This document shows, piece by piece, positions 9,419 through 18,336 of a stretch of DNA of 64,000 nucleotides. The stretch is from Candidatus Obscuribacterales bacterium. GTDB lineage: Bacteria; Cyanobacteriota; Vampirovibrionia; Obscuribacterales; Obscuribacteraceae. Position 1 is the first letter of the stretch. The number at the start of each line of letters is the position of its first letter. The notes below the pieces were generated by a model. It did not search any database and was not told the DNA's origin. It saw only the letters and a list, made by a program, of their open reading frames with translations. The DNA is taken from NCBI GenBank assembly GCA_965228855.1, contig CBDDIJ010000003.1:288001-352000 (forward strand), in the 5' to 3' direction. A program made the position numbers and the translations under genes.

Positions 9419-11449
9419 ATGGTCGAAAGCCTCTCTTCCCACAAAGTAGTCAAAGCCCCAGCTGACGCAGACGAGTCGGATATCGTCGCTTGCATTGCTG
9501 CTGTGACGGCGTACATAAAGGCCGAGGAAGAGGAACTGGCTGCGGCGGTCAATTGCCATAAGAAGGAACAGTTGTCGCCCTGGGGGCAGGTTGCTTTGTT
9601 AGAAGGTGTTCAGCATTTCGTTGCGAGCCACGCTGTTGCAGACGTCTCGAAGTCCAATTCGAAGAGTAAGAACCTGTCTTTATGGCGTAATTTTCCGGCA
9701 ATTTTCTGGGGCGCATTGAGTCTGACCGGGTTGCTAACCGGATTCGGCGCGCAGGCTGTTTATGCCGACCCTATCGACTTGAACGCCGAACAGAGTCTCA
9801 GTGACGACGTGACCTATACGGCGCAGGTCTCGCCGCGCACAGGCTGGCGGCCGGCTTCGCCGCCTGTCGTCCCGAACAGCTTTAAATCATCTCCAGTCAT
9901 CAAAGTGGCTCTGGCTGTTGGAGTTGGTGATATCGCGATTGATGCCATCGACGGTGCCCAAGTCCTGGATATGTCATCCGGGCGACAAATCGCGCAACTG
10001 CAGCCGTTAAGCCAATGGCGGGTCGGCTCACGCACCATTAGTGGTGCACCGGCAATTGCCTTCACAGGACGTCGCGATGTCGACCAGTACCTGGTTGCTA
10101 CAGGCGATCAGTTGAAGCCTGCCACCGAAAGAAATGTAGCCTTCTTCCCATCTCAGTTTTTGGGACCGCCGGCGCTTAAAGCCTTCCAAGCCGCTCAGCA
10201 GAATGGGACGGTCGCGAAGAAAACGGCGACTGCTTCGATTGTCGTTTGCTGCGGACCCCAAGCACCAGTTGTGGTATCACCAGGAACTCAAGCGCAAAAC
10301 CTTCTGACACCAGGCGCGGTATCATCGAGTGTCGCCAACTCTGCATCCGCCGCAACGTCCCTGCCTTTCGCACCGCCTAGAACCGCAACTGCACCGCGGT
10401 CCGGTCCGGCTCTGGAAGAGGTTGAAGTCGATGATATCGACATTGATGAGGATGAGGAGCGGGCAAGCAATTCTGCCACTTCGCAGGCAGGCAACGCAGC
10501 ATCTTCCGGGCAATCTCAATTCGGTGGTATTACTAACGGTGTCATAATAACTCCCAACGTTACCGGCGCGAGTGGGTCGCAATCGGTTTTCAACCTGAAC
10601 GGCCGCTTGTATCGTGGTTCGCTATGGGTAAAACCGGAGACCGTGAAAGACAAGAACGGTGCCTCTGTGACCAGGCTCACCGCGATTAACGTCATCGACC
10701 TCGAAGACTACCTGATGTCGGTTCTGCCTTCTGAAATGCCGAGCTCTTGGCCGCGTGAGGCTCTGAAAGCGCAAGCCATCGCTGCCCGCTCCTACGCGAT
10801 CGCGAATCTCGGGAAGTATCGCTCTAAAGGATATGATGTTCAGGCGACTGTCATGGACCAGGCGTACCGCGGAGCGAGTGCGGAGACGCTCGCGAGTAAC
10901 CGCGCGGTTTCTGAGACGAACGGGATTGTCATGAAGCATGCGGGTAAAGTCGTTCCGGGCTTCTTTCACAGTTCATCTGCAGGTCACACAGACGTCGCCG
11001 AGCACGTCTGGACCAAGGAAGTACCTTATTTGAAGTCCGTGCCGGATGTAGACCACAAGTCAAAGTACGTGCTCTGGGAGCGGAAGTTCCCGATCACGCA
11101 AATCGACGGCTCTCTCGGTAAGGATGTGGGAACGGTGCTGGGGCTTTTCCCTGTGCATCGCAGCCCGGCTGGTCGCGTGAAAAACCTGCTGGTGATAGGC
11201 ACTAAAGGAAGCACATTTGTTTCAGGCACTGCTGTGCGCCAGATGTTCGCGCTTCCCAGCACGAATTTTAATGTATTGGCTTACCAGGACTCGTATCTGT
11301 TTAAGGGCCAGGGCTTTGGGCATGGTCTGGGAATGTCTCAATATGGCGCTCGGGGTCTTGCGGAGCACGGCTATAATGCGGCCCAGATTTTGACGTATTA
11401 CTATAAAGACGTAACCTTTGAGCAAATAGTCGAGACACCTGCGCTTTAA
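9419..11449 (+). CDS. SpoIID/LytB-domain lytic transglycosylase-like protein with long N-terminal extension
   Basis: INVIDLEDYLMSVLPSEMPSSWPREALKAQAIAARSYA and GFGHGLGMSQYGA...ILTYYY motifs. Confidence 0.93.
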   Translation: MVESLSSHKVVKAPADADESDIVACIAAVTAYIKAEEEELAAAVNCHKKEQLSPWGQVALLEGVQHFVASHAVADVSKSNSKSKNLSLWRNFPAIFWGALSLTGLLTGFGAQAVYADPIDLNAEQSLSDDVTYTAQVSPRTGWRPASPPVVPNSFKSSPVIKVALAVGVGDIAIDAIDGAQVLDMSSGRQIAQLQPLSQWRVGSRTISGAPAIAFTGRRDVDQYLVATGDQLKPATERNVAFFPSQFLGPPALKAFQAAQQNGTVAKKTATASIVVCCGPQAPVVVSPGTQAQNLLTPGAVSSSVANSASAATSLPFAPPRTATAPRSGPALEEVEVDDIDIDEDEERASNSATSQAGNAASSGQSQFGGITNGVIITPNVTGASGSQSVFNLNGRLYRGSLWVKPETVKDKNGASVTRLTAINVIDLEDYLMSVLPSEMPSSWPREALKAQAIAARSYAIANLGKYRSKGYDVQATVMDQAYRGASAETLASNRAVSETNGIVMKHAGKVVPGFFHSSSAGHTDVAEHVWTKEVPYLKSVPDVDHKSKYVLWERKFPITQIDGSLGKDVGTVLGLFPVHRSPAGRVKNLLVIGTKGSTFVSGTAVRQMFALPSTNFNVLAYQDSYLFKGQGFGHGLGMSQYGARGLAEHGYNAAQILTYYYKDVTFEQIVETPAL

Positions 11450-11523
11450 TCAGAGATACTCTATAAAAGCACTCGTAGTTGCTCGAGCTGCTATGACTTT
11501 TTTCCCTTCAGGACTCCTTGTAG

Positions 11524-12957
11524 ATGAATCTGGATTTTGTGATGTGGGTACTCGCCTGGCTCTTGATGATAGGCATCATCAGCCTTCTCGTGATTGTCCA
11601 TGAGTGCGGGCACTTTTTAGTCGCTCGATTTTTTGGTTTCCAGACGCCAGTGTTTGGCATCGGATTGCCGGTCGGACCGCACATTGTCGTCGGTCATAGG
11701 TGGGGAACCCAGTTCCGGATTCACTATGCGCTGCTCGGCGGCTATGTTGCAATCCCTGAGCTGGGCGACGAATCGCAGGTTGACGCTGAAGCTTACGGTG
11801 TTCCGCTTAAACCATTCAAAAAGTTTCCAATCTGGCAAAGAGCGCTTGTGGCAGTTGCTGGCGTAAGTTTCAATGTTCTGTTCGCATACTTAATTATGTT
11901 CATGATGCTCATGATTCAAGGCGAACCAACGTATCAAACATTCACGCCCGGCACCATCGATTCGAATCCAATCGCCAAGAACGCCGGTGTCAAGGCTAAC
12001 GACGTAATCGTCAGTATCAACGACGAGAAGGTCAACGACTCGAATGATGTTGTAAGCATCCTCGGAAGGCACAAATCTGAGCCGGTTACGCTGCATCTAT
12101 TGAGAGCAGATAAACCGATTGATATCACGCTTACACCTAATGCGAGCGGAAAAGTCGGCATGATGCTGGATGTGAAACCGCTGGGCTTCAAGCAAATCGA
12201 AAAGAGCCCGCCTGAAATCGCGGTCATGGCCGGAGACCGGCTGGGCAAGCTGACGGGCGGTATGCTTCAGGCTCTCGGCATGATGGGTCAGGGAATGTAC
12301 AACTGGGCGACTCACATCGGGCAGCCCGCCACGAAGAAAGCTGAAAATTCCGTCGGACCGGAGAACATGCACGGCATTCTTGCGGTCATGAAACTGGGCG
12401 CTGACATTGCCAAAGAGCAAGACTGGAACCAGCTTTTCGTCTTCACGATTTTGATCAGTATGGACCTTGCAATCGTTAATCTGTTGCCGTGGCCCGCACT
12501 CGATGGCGGGCACCTGGCGTTCATGTTTATAGAACTGGTACGCGGAAAGCCAATGGGAGAGCGTGCTCAGGGCGAAATCTTCAGATGGGGCTTATTGAGT
12601 CTTTTATTGTTGATGGTCGTGATTATGGTCAATGACGTAAGCGCACTTGTCACCGGAAAGCTCGATTACAAGGCTAAAGCCAAGCAAGCAGCCCAGGATA
12701 AAGCCAGGGAAGAAGCAAAAGGCAAGACGTCTTCAGGAGATGAAACGAAGGCGCCTGACGGCACTGCAGTTCCTTCAGAAGAGACAAAAGCGCCGGTTGC
12801 AGTTCCTTCTGGGGAGCCAACGGCGCCGGCTGACGGCGTGGACGCTCCATCGCAAGATCCTAAAGCTCCCGCTAATGCAGCCGACGAGCCTGCGAAAGCT
12901 GATGAAAAAGAAGACTCGGATAAGACCTCTGTCGACGCGCCAAAAGGAGCAAAATAG
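11524..12957 (+). CDS. rseP: RseP/RasP-like M50 intramembrane zinc metalloprotease with PDZ domain
   Basis: HECGH, LGGYV, PDZ region, NLLPWPALDGGH; acidic low-complexity C-tail. Confidence 0.92.
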   Translation: MNLDFVMWVLAWLLMIGIISLLVIVHECGHFLVARFFGFQTPVFGIGLPVGPHIVVGHRWGTQFRIHYALLGGYVAIPELGDESQVDAEAYGVPLKPFKKFPIWQRALVAVAGVSFNVLFAYLIMFMMLMIQGEPTYQTFTPGTIDSNPIAKNAGVKANDVIVSINDEKVNDSNDVVSILGRHKSEPVTLHLLRADKPIDITLTPNASGKVGMMLDVKPLGFKQIEKSPPEIAVMAGDRLGKLTGGMLQALGMMGQGMYNWATHIGQPATKKAENSVGPENMHGILAVMKLGADIAKEQDWNQLFVFTILISMDLAIVNLLPWPALDGGHLAFMFIELVRGKPMGERAQGEIFRWGLLSLLLLMVVIMVNDVSALVTGKLDYKAKAKQAAQDKAREEAKGKTSSGDETKAPDGTAVPSEETKAPVAVPSGEPTAPADGVDAPSQDPKAPANAADEPAKADEKEDSDKTSVDAPKGAK

Positions 12958-12959
12958 CC

Positions 12960-13202
12960 ATGCCTAGTTATGACTACCGTTGTACCGATTGCCGTGAGCC
13001 GTTTACCGTAGAACGCTCAATGAAGGATAGTACTGAAACCAATTGTGAGCACTGCGGAAGCGAGAATGTTTCCCGCATTTGGAATATGTTCATCCGCTCG
13101 AGTGGTATCACTCAAGACGTCGGGCAGGGTCGCAGTTCAGCTCCGGCTCCATCGTCGGGCGGTGGGTGCGGTTCTTGTTGCGGTGGCGGCGGCTGCTGCT
13201 AA
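12960..13202 (+). CDS. FmdB-family zinc-ribbon protein
   Basis: MPSYDYRCTDC...CEHCGS plus GGCGSCCGGGGCC tail. Confidence 0.9.
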   Translation: MPSYDYRCTDCREPFTVERSMKDSTETNCEHCGSENVSRIWNMFIRSSGITQDVGQGRSSAPAPSSGGGCGSCCGGGGCC

Positions 13203-13300
13203 TCGGCGGAGCTTGTGCTTAAACACCTCATTCGCTATGTTTCACACGCATCAACGAGCGCACAAGTTTTCGCGCATCAAAACTCACACATGAGCGTGCG

Positions 13301-14047
13301 CTAGACTTTCATGACCTGAAAGTCTACGGCGCCCAACCGTTTTGCGACATTCTTTTCGTCCGTGATCAAATAGTCGAGATCCGAGATTGCGCAGAGCGTG
13401 TAATGTAGCGAGAATCCAAGTTTCTCTTTGCCTGATACGATTGCCAGCTCAGATGCTCTTTTGATAAACGCGGTCTTGACCATTGAATCCTGATAGTGGC
13501 TTACAGTAGCGCCATTCTCCCTGTTGAGTCCTTGCACGCTGATTATCGCCAGGTCGGCGGTAAATCGTTGTATGGCGGTGAGAACTTCGGGACCTTCGTT
13601 GATTAGAAGCTCGGGAACAAGAGTGCCGCCCAGGAGAATGACTTTGGACGTCCGGCAATTCGCAAAGGCGATTGCGTTTGCGGCGCTGTGTGTCACGAAT
13701 GTGGCGTTTAAACCTGCTGGTAAAAACTCGGCGATTAATTGAGTAGTAGTTCCGCCGTCGATGAAAACGAGCATGCCCGGCTGAATCAGCTTTGCTGCTT
13801 CGGACGCCATTTTTCGCTTCCCTTCGAGATTTAATTCGATGCGCGCCGAATATTCGAATGGTACAGGGCTGATCGCCATAGCGCCGCCGTGAACCTTTTT
13901 CAGTTTCCCGCTCTCCGACAGGTCTTTGAGATCTCGGCGGATGGTGTCTTCTGAGACGTTCAATTCGGAGGCGAGTTCGAACGATGAAGCTTTGCCCTTC
14001 ACATTTAAGTGGTTGAGAATCCACTGTCTGCGTTCTTCAGTGAACAT
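13301..14047 (-). CDS. DeoR/GlpR family transcriptional regulator
   Basis: ERRQWIL...LNVSEDTIRRDL...KVHGGA HTH; FIDGGTT sensor domain. Confidence 0.95.
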   Translation of the reverse strand: MFTEERRQWILNHLNVKGKASSFELASELNVSEDTIRRDLKDLSESGKLKKVHGGAMAISPVPFEYSARIELNLEGKRKMASEAAKLIQPGMLVFIDGGTTTQLIAEFLPAGLNATFVTHSAANAIAFANCRTSKVILLGGTLVPELLINEGPEVLTAIQRFTADLAIISVQGLNRENGATVSHYQDSMVKTAFIKRASELAIVSGKEKLGFSLHYTLCAISDLDYLITDEKNVAKRLGAVDFQVMKV

Positions 14048-14061
14048 GCGCCTTCACATAC

Positions 14062-14114
14062 CCTTGCGTTTTTGTGCCGATTTGTGCATGATTATACACG
14101 AAATGTGCACGAAC
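14062..14114. promoter_or_regulatory. Divergent promoter region with repeated TGTGC/GCAC boxes (candidate DeoR operator)
   Basis: TTGCG, TTTGTGCC, TTTGTGCA, ACACGAA, TGTGCACGAA at about 11-bp spacing between the regulator and the nucleotidase. Confidence 0.45.
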
Positions 14115-14125
14115 GGGAGGCAAAT

Positions 14126-14683
14126 ATGAAAAGAATAGCGATCGATATGGACGAGGTCATTACGGACGCTCTTTCCAAGCACGTTCGTCTTTACAACGAG
14201 CACTTCAATAAGCAGGTAATCATTGATGAACACCTGGTTGGTCTATCGCTTCGCGAATTTGCCGAAGAGCATGAACGCCTTAAAGTGCGCGAATTTGTCG
14301 ATGATGAAATGTTCTTCGCTGAAATGGACGTTTTGCCGGGGGCGCTTGAAACTTTGGAAGCTCTCTCTCATGAAAACGAGCTGTTCATCACAACTGCGGC
14401 CATGGAAGTTCCTTACTCATTTCGCGCAAAGTATGAGTGGCTTTTGAAGCACACACCATTCATCGACCCTATGAATTTTGTCTTTTGCGGCGACAAATCG
14501 ATCGTGCAGGCCGATTTCTTGATCGACGATAATGTCCGTCACTTCAAGCGTTTCAAAGGCACCGGCTTGCTTTTCGATGCACCGCACAATAGATATGTCG
14601 ATTACAATCCTCGCATGCTTGGCTGGTCGGATGTGGCAAAATTTTTTGGCGTGAGCGTCAAAGAAAAAGCGGTTTGCTCTTAA
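14126..14683 (+). CDS. 5'(3')-deoxyribonucleotidase (NT5C-type HAD)
   Basis: MKRIAIDMDEVITD motif I, KYEWL, FCGDKSI..ADFLIDDN; GGGAGG RBS before ATG 14126 (track start 14009 is too long). Confidence 0.92.
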   Translation: MKRIAIDMDEVITDALSKHVRLYNEHFNKQVIIDEHLVGLSLREFAEEHERLKVREFVDDEMFFAEMDVLPGALETLEALSHENELFITTAAMEVPYSFRAKYEWLLKHTPFIDPMNFVFCGDKSIVQADFLIDDNVRHFKRFKGTGLLFDAPHNRYVDYNPRMLGWSDVAKFFGVSVKEKAVCS

Positions 14684-14806
14684 GTTTTGCCTTGAACTTT
14701 GTTAGAGTGATTATGTCGCTGGGAGCTTTTTTGAAGTCTGGGAACTTCCTCAAAACGAGCAGCGTCGTAACGACTCAATTGTAGAAACTGCTTTCTCAAG
14801 TTGGTC

Positions 14807-15199
14807 ATGAAGCGGATTATCAAACAAGCAATCAATATGCTACTCAGCGCTGCATTTGCGCTGAGTTCGATTGCTGTTGGAAGCGCGTCCGCCTGCTCCG
14901 TGTCTGGTGCCGCCGTTGTTGCTGAGAAGATGACGATGGCGTGTTGCATGCAGCATAAAACGACAGGCATGAATAATGTTTGTCATTGCAGCATGAAGCA
15001 GGCGCCCGCCAGTGCTCCGCAGACCATAAGCACCACGCAAAGCATTGATGCGCATCTTCCCGCAGTCGAAGCGCCGGCACCAAAATCGTTTGTCGCGTTT
15101 CGTCAGGAGCCGCTCAACTCACAGTGGCTCGCACTGGATTGCCGGTTGCGCGCGCCACCACCACGGCTTTATATATTGAACTGTGCCTTCCTGAGTTAA
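14807..15199 (+). CDS. Secreted Cys/Met-rich leader protein with C-terminal RAPPP motif (DUF2946/CutF/CruR-like candidate arrest peptide)
   Basis: Signal peptide (..SASA-C); MTMACCMQH..VCHCSM metal-ligand cluster; LRAPPPRLYILNCAFLS end. Confidence 0.7.
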   Translation: MKRIIKQAINMLLSAAFALSSIAVGSASACSVSGAAVVAEKMTMACCMQHKTTGMNNVCHCSMKQAPASAPQTISTTQSIDAHLPAVEAPAPKSFVAFRQEPLNSQWLALDCRLRAPPPRLYILNCAFLS

Positions 15200-15268
15200 A
15201 TCATGGGTGTAAATCGCTGAGCCAGTGAGCTTTAGCGAGATCGTCGTACCCATATTTAATTTCAGGAG
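15188..15268 (+). promoter_or_regulatory. Long stem-loop sequestering the Shine-Dalgarno of the copper-storage gene
   Basis: TTCCTGAGTTAAAT (15188-15201) pairs with ATTTAATTTCAGGAG (15254-15268); ATGGGT/ACCCAT and TCGCTGAG/TTTAGCGA form the inner helices. Confidence 0.7.
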
Positions 15269-15277
15269 TATTTCTAT

Positions 15278-15736
15278 ATGAAACGTATTATTTTTTCGTT
15301 GCTCGTTATTTTGTCCTTTCTCGCCTTCAATCCGATGTTGAATGCCGCGACCGCAGCTGACAAAGCTAAGACCGGCGCTGCATGCAGTCACAGTGACACA
15401 TGCAAGAGCTGTCAAAAAAGTTGCGAAGATGCATTGAAGTATTGCCTTTCAAAAGGCGGTAAGCATGCTGAGAAAGCGCATATCGACGCCTTGAAAGATT
15501 GCATCGCGATGTGCAAAGTCTCTGCTGACCTCGGTTCTCGTAACTCGAGTTTGCTTCCGAAGATCAGAGAAGTCTGTGCTGAGGCGTGCAAAAAGTGCGC
15601 TGCAAGCTGTGAAGCTCTCAACGATCCCAAGTTGAAGGATTGCGTCACTGCCTGCAACGAATGCGAGAAATCCTGCACCAGCAGCACAGGATCGTCGTGC
15701 TGCACTGATGGCAAGGACAGTAAAAAAGCGAAGTAG
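15278..15736 (+). CDS. Exported four-helix-bundle copper-binding/storage protein (Csp/DUF326-like)
   Basis: Signal peptide; CKSCQKSCEDALKYCL..GGKHAE..HI..LKDCIAMC; CAEACKKCAASC; CVTACNECEKSC (CxxxC/CxxC periodicity). Confidence 0.88.
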   Translation: MKRIIFSLLVILSFLAFNPMLNAATAADKAKTGAACSHSDTCKSCQKSCEDALKYCLSKGGKHAEKAHIDALKDCIAMCKVSADLGSRNSSLLPKIREVCAEACKKCAASCEALNDPKLKDCVTACNECEKSCTSSTGSSCCTDGKDSKKAK

Positions 15737-15760
15737 TTAACTATTTCAAAAAACACGACA

Positions 15761-15792
15761 AATCGGGAGTGCGATAAACACTCCCGGTTTTC
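15761..15792 (+). terminator. Rho-independent terminator after the copper-storage gene
   Basis: AATCGGGAGTG-cgataaa-CACTCCCGGTT followed by TTT. Confidence 0.75.
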
Positions 15793-15917
15793 GCGTGCGC
15801 GGTCCAAGTTCGTTGAAAAAGGCGGCACCGGATATGGTGTCGCCGATTCGCTCGATGAGTTTTGATGCGCGCAATTCTAATAGCGCTGCCGGTACTGCTT
15901 AGACGCGATATTGCTGT

Positions 15918-16499
15918 CTAGCCCTGGCGTGCTTCGTTTACTAGCACTCGCCAGCGAGCCGATTCTTTGAGATTTTTGACGGTGCCGGTTCCCGCCTCAT
16001 AGAACTTTGCGATCTTATCTTGCGCTTCAATTACGCCCTGCTCTGCAGAAAGTTTGTACCAGTCGAATGCTTCGTGTAAGTCTCTTTCGACTCCGGAACC
16101 ATCTTCGAATAATTTTCCAAGCAAGCATTGAGCGCCAGGGTCTGAAGACATGGAGAGCGCGAGCTTGTACGCTTCGTTGTATTGACCCTTTTCATATGCA
16201 TTGTAGGCGTCATAAAGCAGTTTTACCGGCGCAATTGCACGCAGCAGGCGCGGTCTTGTGCGCAGGTCCACGGTCGGCGAAGTTGTAAGCAAGAGCCCGT
16301 CTTCGTCTGAGCCGATAATATTTACCTCGACCTGTTCGCCTCGTTGAAAGACGTGGTCAGATGGCAAAAAGCCGTGGCGCGGGTCCTCAGGCAGCGAAAG
16401 CCGGTATCCGCCAATGTCGGTGGCCTTCACCGTTCCGGTGATGGACTGCCCTGGCTTGTAATTTGGTAGGGGTTTGGGATTCCTGGTATTTTTGGACAT
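15918..16499 (-). CDS. S1/OB-like domain plus Sel1-repeat protein
   Basis: YKPGQSITGTVK...GGYRL...HGFLP (S1-like); AQCLLGKLFEDGSGVERDLHEAFDWYKLSAEQG (Sel1). Confidence 0.75.
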   Translation of the reverse strand: MSKNTRNPKPLPNYKPGQSITGTVKATDIGGYRLSLPEDPRHGFLPSDHVFQRGEQVEVNIIGSDEDGLLLTTSPTVDLRTRPRLLRAIAPVKLLYDAYNAYEKGQYNEAYKLALSMSSDPGAQCLLGKLFEDGSGVERDLHEAFDWYKLSAEQGVIEAQDKIAKFYEAGTGTVKNLKESARWRVLVNEARQG

Positions 16500-16677
16500 T
16501 TATTTCAACTTTGAATTCTGGACATAGAGATCCTTCCCCGTAAATCGAATAGGTAAGCGTTAATCTGCGGACAGTGTTGCTCAGGCAACGTTTTCCAAGG
16601 CGCGATATCATGAACGTTGTCGTATGGTTTATATTGGCAACCCGGCGCTCGGGTGATTTTCGATAAAGAGGAATGCA

Positions 16678-18198
16678 ATGAACCTTTTCCGGTTTGAACG
16701 GAACCCGCATACCATCAACTTTTCCGATGTATCGAGGTGCGCGTTGAAAACGGCAGGCGTTTTTGTTTTTGCTCTAATAATGATGGTGAATTCGATCGCG
16801 TTCGCTCAGCAATACAACAACCCCAATGCGGGCGGGCAGAATCCGGGGAAGGCCCAGGAAATTTTTCAGAAAGCGAAACAGGCTTTTGCTGCCGGCGATT
16901 ATGCGGCGGCAGTAAATTTGCTGGAACTCGCCAAGAATTACAATCATTCCGATAAAAACGTCATACATATGCTCGCGCTCGCGTACGCTGAGCAGGGCGA
17001 CAATTACAATGCGATGCTATGGTTTAGATCGGCTCTCAGTCTCGATTACAACTTTCTCGAGGCTCGCAACAATTACGGCATCTTTCTGAATAAAACCGGA
17101 AAGCAGAAGGAAGCTAAAAAAGAATTCGAGACCTGCATTCAGATAAACCCAAACTATGCAAACGCTCATTATGGGCGGGGTTCCATCCTTAAAGATCAGG
17201 GTGATCTGGATGGTGCGATTGAAGAATTTCGTACGGCGATTCGTTTGCGCCCGCAATATTACGAGGCGAGGCGCGATCTCGGTTTATGCGTCTATGAGAA
17301 GTACAACAGTGGTGCGCTGAAGGACATCAGCGAGTCGGTCGAACAGTTGCGAAGCGCCGCGAAGCTGGTCCCGCGCAGTCCTATGATTCACTACTACCTG
17401 GGCACTATCTGGTGTGCGCAGGGAAATCTGGATGAGGCTGAGAAGGAATTCCGAGTAACGCTGATGAACGATCCGCAGCATGGCGCCGGGCATTATGAGC
17501 TCGGGAAGCTGCGTTACTTGCGCGGCGACATCGATCGTTGTATGGATGAAATGGGCGCGGCTCTCAAGGTAAACCCGACGTACACTGAATCTAAGCAGTA
17601 TCCGAACATCAATCGCAAGGAAACGAAGACGTATCTCGCCAAGTGTAAGGAGCTGAAACACTATTATCCGGCGGCGATTCGCGATTGGACCGAAGTCGCA
17701 TCGCAGACGAAATCAAACAGTGAAATCTTGTCTCACATCAAAGAACTACAGCGCCTCGAGCAGCGCAAGCAGAAGGCTAGTGGCAAGAAAAACGCGCCGG
17801 TGTTTGACGAGGATGAGGTCAATTCTCTGATTATCCGCGGTACCGAGGAAGTCGACGAGGGGAACTATCAGGGCGCCAAGGCGACCTTTAACCGCGCCCT
17901 TGAGATCAATCCTAATTGCTGGGAGGCGTATCAGCATCTGGGCGGAATTTTGGAACAGGAGGGCGATCTGACTCGCGCTTCCCAGAGTTATCAGAAGGCG
18001 ATGGAACTTGAACCGGCTTGTTGCGGGCTTTATTACAACATGGGTTATGTGCTGGAAAAGATGCGCCTGCCTGTGGAAGCGGGACGGATGTATAAGCGTT
18101 ATCACGATTGTGACGGTCGTTATCCTTACGACCCTAAGCACATCACGCAGCTTCAACTGGAAGATGTTCGTCAGCAAATGCGTGAGCGCTCGAAATAA
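16678..18198 (+). CDS. Exported tetratricopeptide-repeat protein
   Basis: Signal-like segment (AFA-Q) and many TPRs (ARNNYG, AHYGRG, AIRLRP, ALEINP). Confidence 0.9.
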   Translation: MNLFRFERNPHTINFSDVSRCALKTAGVFVFALIMMVNSIAFAQQYNNPNAGGQNPGKAQEIFQKAKQAFAAGDYAAAVNLLELAKNYNHSDKNVIHMLALAYAEQGDNYNAMLWFRSALSLDYNFLEARNNYGIFLNKTGKQKEAKKEFETCIQINPNYANAHYGRGSILKDQGDLDGAIEEFRTAIRLRPQYYEARRDLGLCVYEKYNSGALKDISESVEQLRSAAKLVPRSPMIHYYLGTIWCAQGNLDEAEKEFRVTLMNDPQHGAGHYELGKLRYLRGDIDRCMDEMGAALKVNPTYTESKQYPNINRKETKTYLAKCKELKHYYPAAIRDWTEVASQTKSNSEILSHIKELQRLEQRKQKASGKKNAPVFDEDEVNSLIIRGTEEVDEGNYQGAKATFNRALEINPNCWEAYQHLGGILEQEGDLTRASQSYQKAMELEPACCGLYYNMGYVLEKMRLPVEAGRMYKRYHDCDGRYPYDPKHITQLQLEDVRQQMRERSK

Positions 18199-18336
18199 AT
18201 CGCTGCATCCATCGCCACTTTATTGGTTCGCCTGCTATCATTTGCGAAGATCATGATTTCTCATGACATCGGTTGTTCGGTCTGACACAGTTAGATTCGG
18301 CGGAACGCTCGAATCCTCATCTGGAGATTTCGCTAC

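Noticed and set aside
14009..14125. N-terminal extension of the nucleotidase
   Set aside because: Overlaps the divergent DeoR start; family motif and RBS point to ATG 14126
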